NCBI GenBank assembly: GCA_049424145.1
Contig: JBMSSC010000084.1
Span: 1 to 12,340 of the forward strand
Direction of reading: 5' to 3'
DNA from: Bdellovibrionia bacterium
GTDB lineage: Bacteria > Bdellovibrionota > UBA1018
DNA: 12,340 nt
In this document: piece after piece, positions 1 through 6,801 of the stretch
How the letters are laid out: every line of letters begins with the position of its first letter
Numbering within the stretch: position 1 is the stretch's first letter
The notes under the pieces: model-generated
Database searches by the model: none
Told to the model about the DNA's origin: nothing
Seen by the model: only the letters and a program-made list of their open reading frames with translations
Program-made: the position numbers and the translations under genes

Positions 1-206
1 CTCATTTTCAACTCAATCCAAACTCAGCACACAATTGATAGTGTCTAAAAGGGGAAAAAACAAATACAATCTTTCATCTCCTAGCCTCAGATAGGCTTGG
101 TCGAGAGGGGCAAGCAGGATACTTTGGATCAGCCTCATCACTGGGGCCCTTGAAAAACAGAGTGAGAAACTATGAATTGCCGTTTACTGTCAAGCCAAGG
201 GGGATC

Positions 207-1940
207 ATGTTGAAAAACCACATCAGAACTTCACCTCGATCAACACTCACTCCCATCGAGACTCAACTCCAAAATCGATGGGTTCAAGCCCACTGGGTGG
301 TGCGTCAAATCTTCCAAAACCTGACCACAGAACCCTTCTATCAGACCATCACGGATCTGATCGCCACTCATGCCCCTGAAGGAAGCTCCGTGAGCGTCGG
401 GCTTTGGCTCCCTCAGAAAAACTCAACTTGGGTTTTAGTGGCCCAAAGCTCTCCTCAGGGCTGGAAAAACCCTTCTCCTTTCACTCCCGGGCAAACCCGA
501 GAAGCTCCCTCCCAGCGTTTCTCTCCCCGATTCACACTCTCCAAAGACTCCGATACCTTCGAGTGGGAGATCCCTCTTGGCTTGCGCTCCGAGCTTGAGG
601 GGATACTCCAATGGACTCATTTTTCTCCTCCCCTCGCGAGATCCTCAAATCAGCCTCGCCCTGAATCGACGAGCCCTACTTTTTCTACCGAGTGGGAGCG
701 CTTCATCTTGGAATACCTAGCCCAAAGCCTCGCTGCGGCTCTGGAATTAAGAAAGCTCTCAACCCCCTCCCAAAACTCTATCGGCGATCGCATCACCCGG
801 ACCACCCCAGGACGCGAGCCCACTCTTCTTTTTAAGGAGCGCACACCGATGCTTTCCTCCTCGCCCCTTTGCTTTTCAAGGACGCCCACCCAAACCCGAA
901 AAGCGGAGGCCCGAGTCAACCTGAGCGCCCCTCCCTCCGAAGCGTGCCCGGGGTCTTTTCCACCCAGCGACCTGAGTTCTGAGATCATTGGGCAAAGCCC
1001 CTCACTCATGAACATCCTCTCCATGGTGGATAAGATTGCGCCCACGGATGCTCCCGTTTTAATTCAAGGAGAAAGTGGAACAGGCAAAGAGCTCATCGCA
1101 CGTCGCCTGCACAACAGAAGCACTCGAGCGTTGCATCCCTATGTGGTGGTGAGTTGTGGAACCTTACAAGAGTCCCTGCTGGAGTCTGAGCTGTTTGGTC
1201 ATGAAAAAGGCGCATTCACCGGAGCCACGCACCAAAAGATCGGACTCGCTGAGGCAGCCCACAGCGGCACCCTCTTTCTCGATGAAATCGGAGAGCTTTC
1301 TCTCGGCATCCAATCCAAGCTCCTGCGCTTTTTGCAAGAAGGCGAGTTTTACCGCATTGGGGGCAAGGCCCCAATCCGAGTCCAAGTCCGAATCCTGAGC
1401 GCAACGAATAAGGACCTAGAAACCGAAGTCCAACAGGGCCGCTTTAGGAAAGACTTGTTCTACCGTCTCAACACCATTACTTTACCCCTCCCCCCCCTCC
1501 GAAGACGAAAAGAGGACATCCCCGCTTTGGCTGACTTCTTCCTGAAAAACTCCCGGTTTGGAAAGACCAAGCACTCCATTAAACGCATTCAACCCCAAGC
1601 CCTTCATCTTCTTCAGCATTATCCATGGCCTGGAAACATTCGAGAGCTTCAAAACACGATGGAACGCATTAAAATTCTCTCGGAAAATTCAGAAATCCGA
1701 TCCCAAGACATCCCGCTTCAGATTCGTTCAGCAGGACTCACGACTGAGGCCCTTGACCCAGGCTTGGAGCTGTCCCTAGAAGAAGTGGAAAAAAATCATA
1801 TCTTAAGGACTCTTGCCCACAATCATGGTAATAAAACCAAAACTGCTCGGGTGTTAAAAATTACGATCAAGACGCTCTACAATAAATTACACAGCTACGG
1901 AATTTTAGCGCGCAACCCTCCTTCTCCAGAGGGAGGTTAG
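207..1940 (+). CDS. Sigma54-dependent Fis-family transcriptional activator (bacterial enhancer-binding protein) with a degenerate GAF-like N-terminal domain
   Basis: Walker A GESGTGKE, ESELFGHEKGAFTGA (GAFTGA loop), Walker B LFLDEIGE, RILSATN, FRKDLFYRL, WPGNIRELQN and a C-terminal HTH GNKTKTARVLKITIKTLYNKL. Start placed at ATG 207 (preceded by AAGGGGG) rather than TTG 150; the start is uncertain. Confidence 0.93.
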   Translation: MLKNHIRTSPRSTLTPIETQLQNRWVQAHWVVRQIFQNLTTEPFYQTITDLIATHAPEGSSVSVGLWLPQKNSTWVLVAQSSPQGWKNPSPFTPGQTREAPSQRFSPRFTLSKDSDTFEWEIPLGLRSELEGILQWTHFSPPLARSSNQPRPESTSPTFSTEWERFILEYLAQSLAAALELRKLSTPSQNSIGDRITRTTPGREPTLLFKERTPMLSSSPLCFSRTPTQTRKAEARVNLSAPPSEACPGSFPPSDLSSEIIGQSPSLMNILSMVDKIAPTDAPVLIQGESGTGKELIARRLHNRSTRALHPYVVVSCGTLQESLLESELFGHEKGAFTGATHQKIGLAEAAHSGTLFLDEIGELSLGIQSKLLRFLQEGEFYRIGGKAPIRVQVRILSATNKDLETEVQQGRFRKDLFYRLNTITLPLPPLRRRKEDIPALADFFLKNSRFGKTKHSIKRIQPQALHLLQHYPWPGNIRELQNTMERIKILSENSEIRSQDIPLQIRSAGLTTEALDPGLELSLEEVEKNHILRTLAHNHGNKTKTARVLKITIKTLYNKLHSYGILARNPPSPEGG

Positions 1941-1943
1941 CGC

Positions 1944-1972
1944 TTGCCTTCCGGATTTGAGAGCGTTAAAAG
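1944..1972 (+). promoter_or_regulatory. Candidate sigma70-type promoter for the structured leader and downstream hypothetical gene
   Basis: TTGCCT (1944-1949), 17 nt spacer, TAAAAG (1967-1972). The predicted start at ~1978-1980 coincides with the 5' edge of the first hairpin. The -10 lacks the conserved final T. Confidence 0.35.
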
Positions 1973-1977
1973 AAAGG

Positions 1978-2285
1978 TCGTTCTTTGATATCACAGGTAC
2001 AAAGTTCCCCCGTTAGCAAAAGATCGCGCAAAACTGATGAGGGGGTGAAATCTGTGAAAGCACGAAGACGGTTTTAGAAACTTGGCGCTTCGTGAGTTCG
2101 AGATGACAAGTTTCTAAAAACGTCACCCACGGAAGGTGGGAAAGTGCGCGCAGAGGGCAGAATCAGTCAAGATGAGGATGAGATATTCCGAAAACTGCAA
2201 GCCCGGAGAAACGCGAACCGGGCTAATCCCCGGGAAGCTCTGGTCTTTAGGCCGGAGAGCTCTTCACGAAATGAAGGAGATTCAA
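1978..2285 (+). ncRNA. Putative structured ncRNA or cis-regulatory 5' leader, family not recognised
   Basis: Six consecutive stem-loops read by eye: TCACAGG 1991-1997/TCTGTGA 2051-2057 enclosing CCCCCGTTAG/CTGATGAGGGG; an 18-bp IR at 2067-2084/2107-2124 (1 mismatch); CCCAC-GGAAG-GTGGG 2126-2140; AGCCCGG/CCGGGCT 2200-2224; CTCTGGTC-TTTA-GGCCGGAG 2238-2257; CTTCA-CGAAA-TGAAG 2262-2276. G-U pairs and A-rich loops favour the + strand. Confidence 0.5.
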
Positions 2286-2714
2286 ATGACCCCAAAAACT
2301 GCCACGAAACCCGCTGCTAAAAAACCAAAAAAAGGATCCGATTCAGCTGAGATGGCCGCTGTTGGAAAAAAAACCAAAGCCCCAGCCCGAGACGAACTCG
2401 AGACGGACTCCAGTGATGATGCGGCTGAATCCGTTGAAACACAACTGGACGAAGCCGAGGAACTCGAAGAGCAGCAAGAAGAAGTTGCCGCTCGTTCTTC
2501 GGCTCAAAGTGGCCACGCTGCAGCCCTGGCAGCCGCCTCAGGGAATTCATCTGAGATGTCCGCTTCGTTTAAAAACTTTAGACATCACCCCGATATGGAA
2601 AACTTTTATCGCTTCATTTTTGAGAACGACTTAAGACATGAAGCCTTAGCCATTATTGACGAAATTATCGTTCAAAAAGCAGAGAAACGCTCCGGAAAGC
2701 CAGGTAAAAACTAA
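2286..2714 (+). CDS. Hypothetical protein (142 aa): Lys/Ala/Pro-rich N-terminus, acidic disordered middle, short helical C-terminal domain
   Basis: Strong SD AAGGAG (2274-2279) before ATG 2286, in frame with ORF 2136..2714. Sequence runs MTPKTATKPAAKKPKK...DEAEELEEQQEE...FKNFRHHPDMENFYRFIFENDLRHEALAII. Confidence 0.85.
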   Translation: MTPKTATKPAAKKPKKGSDSAEMAAVGKKTKAPARDELETDSSDDAAESVETQLDEAEELEEQQEEVAARSSAQSGHAAALAAASGNSSEMSASFKNFRHHPDMENFYRFIFENDLRHEALAIIDEIIVQKAEKRSGKPGKN

Positions 2715-2774
2715 ATACCCCTGCTGCTAAAAGCCGAATCATCGATCGATCCGATGCCCTGTGAGGATGCACTC

Positions 2775-3929
2775 TTGAAAAAACACTACTTACTTGCACC
2801 TGGTCCCACTCCCATCCCTGAATCCGTCTTAGGCATTTTTGCTCAACCCATCATTCACCATCGAACTCCCGGGTTTCAGAAACTCTTTGAAGACGTGCAG
2901 CAGAACTTAAAATACGTGTTTCAAACTCAGCAAGAGGTCTTAGTCCTCTCCGCGACAGGTACGGGCGCTATGGAGGCAGCTCTGAGCAACCTCTTTTCTC
3001 CAGGCGACTCAGTGATTGTTGTTCAGGGCGGCAAGTTTGGAGAGCGCTGGGCTCAGTTAGCCCGGGTGTTTGGCTTAGAACCTCAGGTCATCCGAGTGGA
3101 GCCAGGTTATGCGATTCAACCCCAGGCACTCCGGCATGGGGTTGAAGCCCATCCTCAAGCGAAGGCTATTTTATTTCAAGCCTCCGAGACATCCACCGGG
3201 GTTCAAATGCCCACCCAAGAGATCTGCCAAATTGCGCGTGAAGCCGGAATGCTCTCCGTATGCGACGCGATTACGGCCTGTGGGGTCTTTGATTTGCCCA
3301 TGGACCGGTGGGGAATCGATGTATTAATCACGGGTTCTCAAAAGGCCATGATGATCCCCCCAGGGCTTGCCATGATTGCCCTCAGTGAGCGAGCCTGGGC
3401 TCAAGCCGAAATCTCACGCCTGCCTAAGTTCTACTTTGATCTCAAAAAAGAGCGAAAGGCTCAAAAAAAGGGACAAACCGCATGGACACCGGCCATCTCG
3501 CTGATTCAAGGCTTGCATGAAAGCCTCAGACTCATGCGCGAAGAAGGACTGGAGGGGATTTTTGCCCGTCATGCGCTGCTTGCCAAAGCCACTCGAGCCG
3601 GGGTCGAAGCACTGGGCTTGACCCTTTTTGCCCAAGACAGTCCCTCTCCTGCCGTCTCAGCGGTGCGAGTTCCCCCCTCCATCCCAGATGGAAAGAAAAT
3701 CCCCTCCCTCATGCGCAATCGGCATGGAGTCACCATCACCGGAGGGCAAGACGAGCTTGAGGGCAAGATCTTTCGCCTCTCTCATTTTGGGTACTGCGGT
3801 CCTTTTGACATCACCACGGGACTGGCCGCATTGGAGTTAGTCCTCCACGAGCTTGGACATCCGTTGGTCGAGTTTGGAAAAGGCGTAGGAGCCGCGCTTC
3901 GCGTTTTTTCAGAAGCGGATAAAAAATGA
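2775..3929 (+). CDS. Class V PLP-dependent aminotransferase (alanine/serine-glyoxylate, serine-pyruvate aminotransferase family)
   Basis: LLAPGPTP, HHR, GTGAMEAA, GKFGERW, SETSTGV, DAIT, PLP-lysine motif GSQKAMMIPPGL, FYFDL, GGQ..L.GKIFRLSHFG. Probable TTG start at 2775 after SD GAGGA (2763-2767); the ORF track starts at ATG 2754. Confidence 0.93.
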   Translation: MKKHYLLAPGPTPIPESVLGIFAQPIIHHRTPGFQKLFEDVQQNLKYVFQTQQEVLVLSATGTGAMEAALSNLFSPGDSVIVVQGGKFGERWAQLARVFGLEPQVIRVEPGYAIQPQALRHGVEAHPQAKAILFQASETSTGVQMPTQEICQIAREAGMLSVCDAITACGVFDLPMDRWGIDVLITGSQKAMMIPPGLAMIALSERAWAQAEISRLPKFYFDLKKERKAQKKGQTAWTPAISLIQGLHESLRLMREEGLEGIFARHALLAKATRAGVEALGLTLFAQDSPSPAVSAVRVPPSIPDGKKIPSLMRNRHGVTITGGQDELEGKIFRLSHFGYCGPFDITTGLAALELVLHELGHPLVEFGKGVGAALRVFSEADKK

Positions 3930-5230
3930 CCAAAAACAGGGTCGTCGTGGGAGCCCAATGGGGAGACGAGGGAAAGGGGAAAATCGTTGATCTCCTGAGT
4001 GCCCAAGCAGACCTCATCGTTCGCTACCAAGGCGGCAACAATGCAGGACACACGCTCGTGGTGCAAGGCAAAAAAACGGTCTTGCATCTCATTCCAAGCG
4101 GAATTCTTCACCCGGGAAAAACGTGTCTGATCGCCAATGGCGTTGTTTTTGACCCCACTGTTTTTTTTCAAGAAGTGGAGCTCTTACAAAAAGCTGGAGT
4201 CTTAGGCGATGCGCCTCATGAGCGGCTTCGCGTCGCCGAAAGAGCGCATGTGATTTTACCTTACCATCGACTCTTAGACCAGCTTCGCGAAGAACGCGCG
4301 GCCTCAGGAAAAATTGGGACCACAGGTCGAGGCATTGGCCCTGCGTATGAAGACAAAGTGGCACGTCGCGGAGTTCAAGTGATGGACCTCCTCCGAGCGG
4401 AGGTTTTAAAAACGAAACTTCAAAAGGCCCTCGAAGAAAAAAACACGCTTTTTCAATCCCACTTCAACACCGCTCCCATTGAATTTCATGCTTTGTATGC
4501 TCAGTGCGTGAAACTGGGAGAGGCACTAAGACCCTATGTCAGCGACGTGAGACTCCAACTCATGGAGGCCATCCAAAACCAAAGGCCCATTTTAATTGAA
4601 GGCGCCCAAGGCACGCTGCTCGATGTGGATCATGGGACGTATCCCTATGTGACTTCATCCAATACGGTTGCGCCTGGAGCTTTAACGGGCTCAGGGCTGG
4701 GCATGAACTGCATCGACGAAGTCCTGGGCATCACTAAAGCCTACACCACGCGAGTAGGAGCGGGGCCTTTTCCAACCGAATTGAAAGACGCAGAGCAAGC
4801 CACCGGAGAGTGGATTCGAAAGGTGGGTCAAGAATTTGGAGCCACCACGGGACGCCCCAGAAGAACAGGATGGCTCGACCTTGTGGCCCTCAAGTATGCC
4901 GTTGAGGTCAATGGACTCACGGGGTTGGCTTTCATGAAAGCCGATGTCCTAAATGGCTTAGATCATCTGAAGGTTTGCACGGGCTACCAACTGGGAAGCA
5001 CCACGTTTTTTGACCTCCCCTCGTCAGTCGAAGACTTAGAGAAAGTGGAGCCCATCTATGAAGTGATGCCGGGTTGGTCAACCTTTGACTCCCAAAAGAT
5101 CAAAACTCGAGATGACCTTCCGATTGAGCTTCAAAACTACATGGACTTCATCCAAAAGCACTTAGGCGTTCCGATCCGCATCCTGAGCACGGGACCTGCT
5201 CGGGAGGAGACTCTGTTTTTAGACGCCTAA
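3926..5230 (+). CDS. purA: Adenylosuccinate synthetase
   Basis: GAQWGDEGKGK, RYQGGNNAGHT, LHLIPSG, IGTTGRGIGPAYEDK, EGAQGTLLDVDHGTYPYVTSS, KAYTTRVGAGPFPTE, EFGATTGRPRRTGWLD. ATGA overlap with the upstream gene at 3926-3929. Confidence 0.99.
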   Translation: MTKNRVVVGAQWGDEGKGKIVDLLSAQADLIVRYQGGNNAGHTLVVQGKKTVLHLIPSGILHPGKTCLIANGVVFDPTVFFQEVELLQKAGVLGDAPHERLRVAERAHVILPYHRLLDQLREERAASGKIGTTGRGIGPAYEDKVARRGVQVMDLLRAEVLKTKLQKALEEKNTLFQSHFNTAPIEFHALYAQCVKLGEALRPYVSDVRLQLMEAIQNQRPILIEGAQGTLLDVDHGTYPYVTSSNTVAPGALTGSGLGMNCIDEVLGITKAYTTRVGAGPFPTELKDAEQATGEWIRKVGQEFGATTGRPRRTGWLDLVALKYAVEVNGLTGLAFMKADVLNGLDHLKVCTGYQLGSTTFFDLPSSVEDLEKVEPIYEVMPGWSTFDSQKIKTRDDLPIELQNYMDFIQKHLGVPIRILSTGPAREETLFLDA

Positions 5231-5286
5231 AAAAAGTGCTGCCGATTTAAAATCCCCAGGTGATTTCTTTTTTCCTCGATTCCTGC

Positions 5287-5315
5287 TTGCACAATCGCTC
5301 AGTCTCTGATACCCC
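5287..5315 (+). promoter_or_regulatory. Candidate promoter for tRNA-Lys
   Basis: TTGCAC (5287-5292), 17 nt spacer with extended -10 TG (5307-5308), then TACCCC (5310-5315). The -10 match is weak. Confidence 0.3.
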
Positions 5316-5350
5316 ATAGGAAATTTCGCGAAAGCGTAAATCATGTAGGT

Positions 5351-5426
5351 GAGTCCATAGCTCAGCCGGTAGAGCAATACACTTTTAATGTATGGGTCGA
5401 TGGTTCGATTCCATCTGGACTCACCA
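5351..5426 (+). tRNA. tRNA-Lys (anticodon UUU)
   Basis: Full 76-nt cloverleaf: acceptor GAGTCCA/TGGACTC, D arm GCTC/GAGC, anticodon arm ATACA-CTTTTAA-TGTAT (TTT at 5384-5386), T arm GATGG-TTCGATT-CCATC, discriminator A and encoded CCA at 5424-5426. Confidence 0.98.
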
Positions 5427-5527
5427 TTTTCATGATTTCCAAAATTTTACAATCCTTCATCATTTCCCTAAAAAATCAGCAAACTGACTCAATCCAACAG
5501 ATCCATTTGTCTGGGTAAATCCCATCG

Positions 5528-6043
5528 TTAATCACCCCGTCCACCGCGGGAGCGAGAAGACCGAGAGACTTGAGCACTAATTTCGATGTGCACCTCTCCC
5601 TCTCGACATAAAAACGGAATGACCACCACCTGAGTCGCACTGGGATCATGACGCTGCTCAAGCTGCCCCCCTGAAATCACTTCAGGGATCGCAGGTTGAA
5701 GCGTCTCTCCCTGCTCATTTAAAACCACCTTAGCAAAGCCAAAGATTTGATTCAGTAGCTCTGCTGCACCATCCCTCAGCTCGGGAGTCATCTCGGTAAT
5801 CGACTCACCGAACATATGGCTCATGGCCGTGAGATACATTTTCTCAGGCAAGCAAATCACCACATGTCCTGTAAACCGATCGCTCTGCAATCCAATTCGG
5901 CTTGAGATGCCAAATCGGGGCTGACGCCGCGAGCCTCGAATGAATGGCTTTTGCGGCGTCAACTGCAACTGACAGTTCACCTGAAAGACGTGAATCACAC
6001 CGTCGATAAATGGTCTAAAAAAAGCTGGTTGAAGACTCCCCAT
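5528..6043 (-). CDS. cheX: CheX-family (CheC-like) chemotaxis/response-regulator phosphatase, 171 aa
   Basis: N-terminal FFRPFIDGVIHVF, IGLQS..FTGHVVICLP, catalytic ExxN motif DGAAELLNQIFG, AIPEVISG, VVIPF....GEVHIEI. ATG at 6043 follows SD-like AAGGGAG; the longer ORF to 6211 is probably an over-extension. Confidence 0.88.
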   Translation of the reverse strand: MGSLQPAFFRPFIDGVIHVFQVNCQLQLTPQKPFIRGSRRQPRFGISSRIGLQSDRFTGHVVICLPEKMYLTAMSHMFGESITEMTPELRDGAAELLNQIFGFAKVVLNEQGETLQPAIPEVISGGQLEQRHDPSATQVVVIPFLCREGEVHIEISAQVSRSSRSRGGRGD

Positions 6044-6064
6044 GTCCCACTCCCTTCTTTTTTC

Positions 6065-6093
6065 AGTATAATCTGGGCTCTCTCGTTTTTCAG
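6065..6093 (-). promoter_or_regulatory. Candidate sigma70 promoter of cheX
   Basis: Minus strand CTGAAA (6093-6088), 17 nt spacer, TATACT (6070-6065), about 21 nt upstream of the cheX ATG. Confidence 0.5.
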
Positions 6094-6155
6094 AAGAAAT
6101 TGACCCGGGAGTGAAGGCTTTTTTCTCCCCACTGACGTCTGAGAGAAAAACGAGA
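6081..6155. repeat. 11-bp perfect inverted repeat with 53-nt spacer
   Basis: TCTCGTTTTTC (6081-6091) and GAAAAACGAGA (6145-6155), extendable with TGGG/CCCA outside. Confidence 0.7.
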
Positions 6156-6323
6156 CCCATCCGAACCCACTGTGACATCCACGGCCCCCTGCACCCCCTT
6201 CTCCCAGGCACGCTCCTTGAACTGCTCTGACTGTGAAAGGGATCGATTGAGCTCCGAGAAATTCAAGGCAGTGCGCTTGCATCTCGACCTTCGCCCCCAA
6301 AACGGGATGCGACCCACCTTGAG

Positions 6324-6351
6324 GGGTGGACAGGGACCCACCTGTCCACCC
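6324..6351. repeat. GC-rich 11-bp perfect hairpin upstream of folB
   Basis: GGGTGGACAGG (6324-6334), loop GACCCA, CCTGTCCACCC (6341-6351). No U-tract on either strand. Confidence 0.75.
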
Positions 6352-6407
6352 TCCCTGCCGGATAGCGCTTGACTCCACTTTAAAATTCAAGGACAACGGC
6401 ATCCGAA

Positions 6408-6794
6408 ATGGATCCAAAAAAGACCAGCCTTTTGAGCTCAGTTGCAATTTCAGGCCTCAGACTCCCTGTCCACTTAGGATGTTCCGCAGACGAGAGAGCC
6501 ACACCCCAATGGGTCTCCGTCCACGCCGAGGTGAGATTCCAAAAACTCCCCCAAGGCTGCTTTAGCGATGATTTGGAACAAACCCTTTGTTATGCCCAGA
6601 TGGCCGATCAGATTCGTAGAGTTTGCCTAGGCCAAGAGTTTCATCTGATCGAAAAATTGGGCTGGGAAGTCTACTCAGCGATTCAAACGCTCCTGCCCTC
6701 ATCCGCAGCCCTGCGCGTGCAGATTGTAAAAGAAAAGCCACCGATCGCTGACCTTCACAACGGATCGATCTTTACCCTAGGAGATTGGATTTAA
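6408..6794 (+). CDS. folB: Dihydroneopterin aldolase
   Basis: 128 aa. ISGLRLPVHLGCSADERATPQ (G...E...Q), DDLEQTLCY, FHLIEKL and catalytic Lys region VKEKPP. First gene of a folate cluster. Confidence 0.9.
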   Translation: MDPKKTSLLSSVAISGLRLPVHLGCSADERATPQWVSVHAEVRFQKLPQGCFSDDLEQTLCYAQMADQIRRVCLGQEFHLIEKLGWEVYSAIQTLLPSSAALRVQIVKEKPPIADLHNGSIFTLGDWI

Positions 6795-6801
6795 GCGTCT
6801 C

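Noticed and set aside
165..193. Perfect minus-strand TTGACA (193-188) as a divergent promoter
   Set aside because: The only -10-like hexamer (TAGTTT) is at 15-nt spacing, and the putative target gene lies outside the window.
2034..2050. CTGATGA...GAAA resembling a hammerhead ribozyme core
   Set aside because: The intervening GGGGGT cannot form stem II, no stems I/III with a UH site are evident, and these bases pair better with CCCCCGTTAG at 2007-2016.
2082..2098. TGGCGC as a sigma54 -24 element next to the activator gene
   Set aside because: No TTGC -12 element at the required spacing. I found no convincing sigma54 promoter in the intergenic regions.
1995..2227. Fragments resembling RNase P RNA (GGAAAGTGC, GGGTGAAA, GAACCGGGCTAA) or a cobalamin riboswitch (GGTGAAATC, AAGCCCGGAGA)
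   Set aside because: The RNase P fragments are in the wrong order and GAGGAAAGTCC is absent. The cobalamin core elements (GGGAA before GGTG, CCCGC.ACTGT, GCCACTG) are missing. A cmscan run would settle it.
2041..2285. GGGGGTGAAA resembling a tmRNA 5' end
   Set aside because: No following GG.TTCGAC, no T-arm or acceptor 3' half with CCA upstream or downstream, and no tag ORF.
2136..2285. N-terminal extension of the hypothetical ORF from GTG 2136
   Set aside because: It runs through hairpin-rich sequence, and a strong SD supports ATG 2286.
5324..5333. 10-bp palindrome TTTCGCGAAA upstream of the tRNA (similarly ATCGATCGAT at 2741-2750)
   Set aside because: Short single palindromes are expected by chance in 12 kb, and nothing else supports them.
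5400..5530. tRNA-Lys as an integration site for a prophage or island
   Set aside because: No integrase and no duplicated tRNA 3' end (att) in the window; housekeeping fol genes follow.
5995..6447. Intergenic ORFs 5995..6447(-), 6090..6341(-), 6172..6372(+) and the cheX extension to 6211
   Set aside because: No recognisable motifs or SD. They overlap cheX, folB or likely promoter and hairpin elements.
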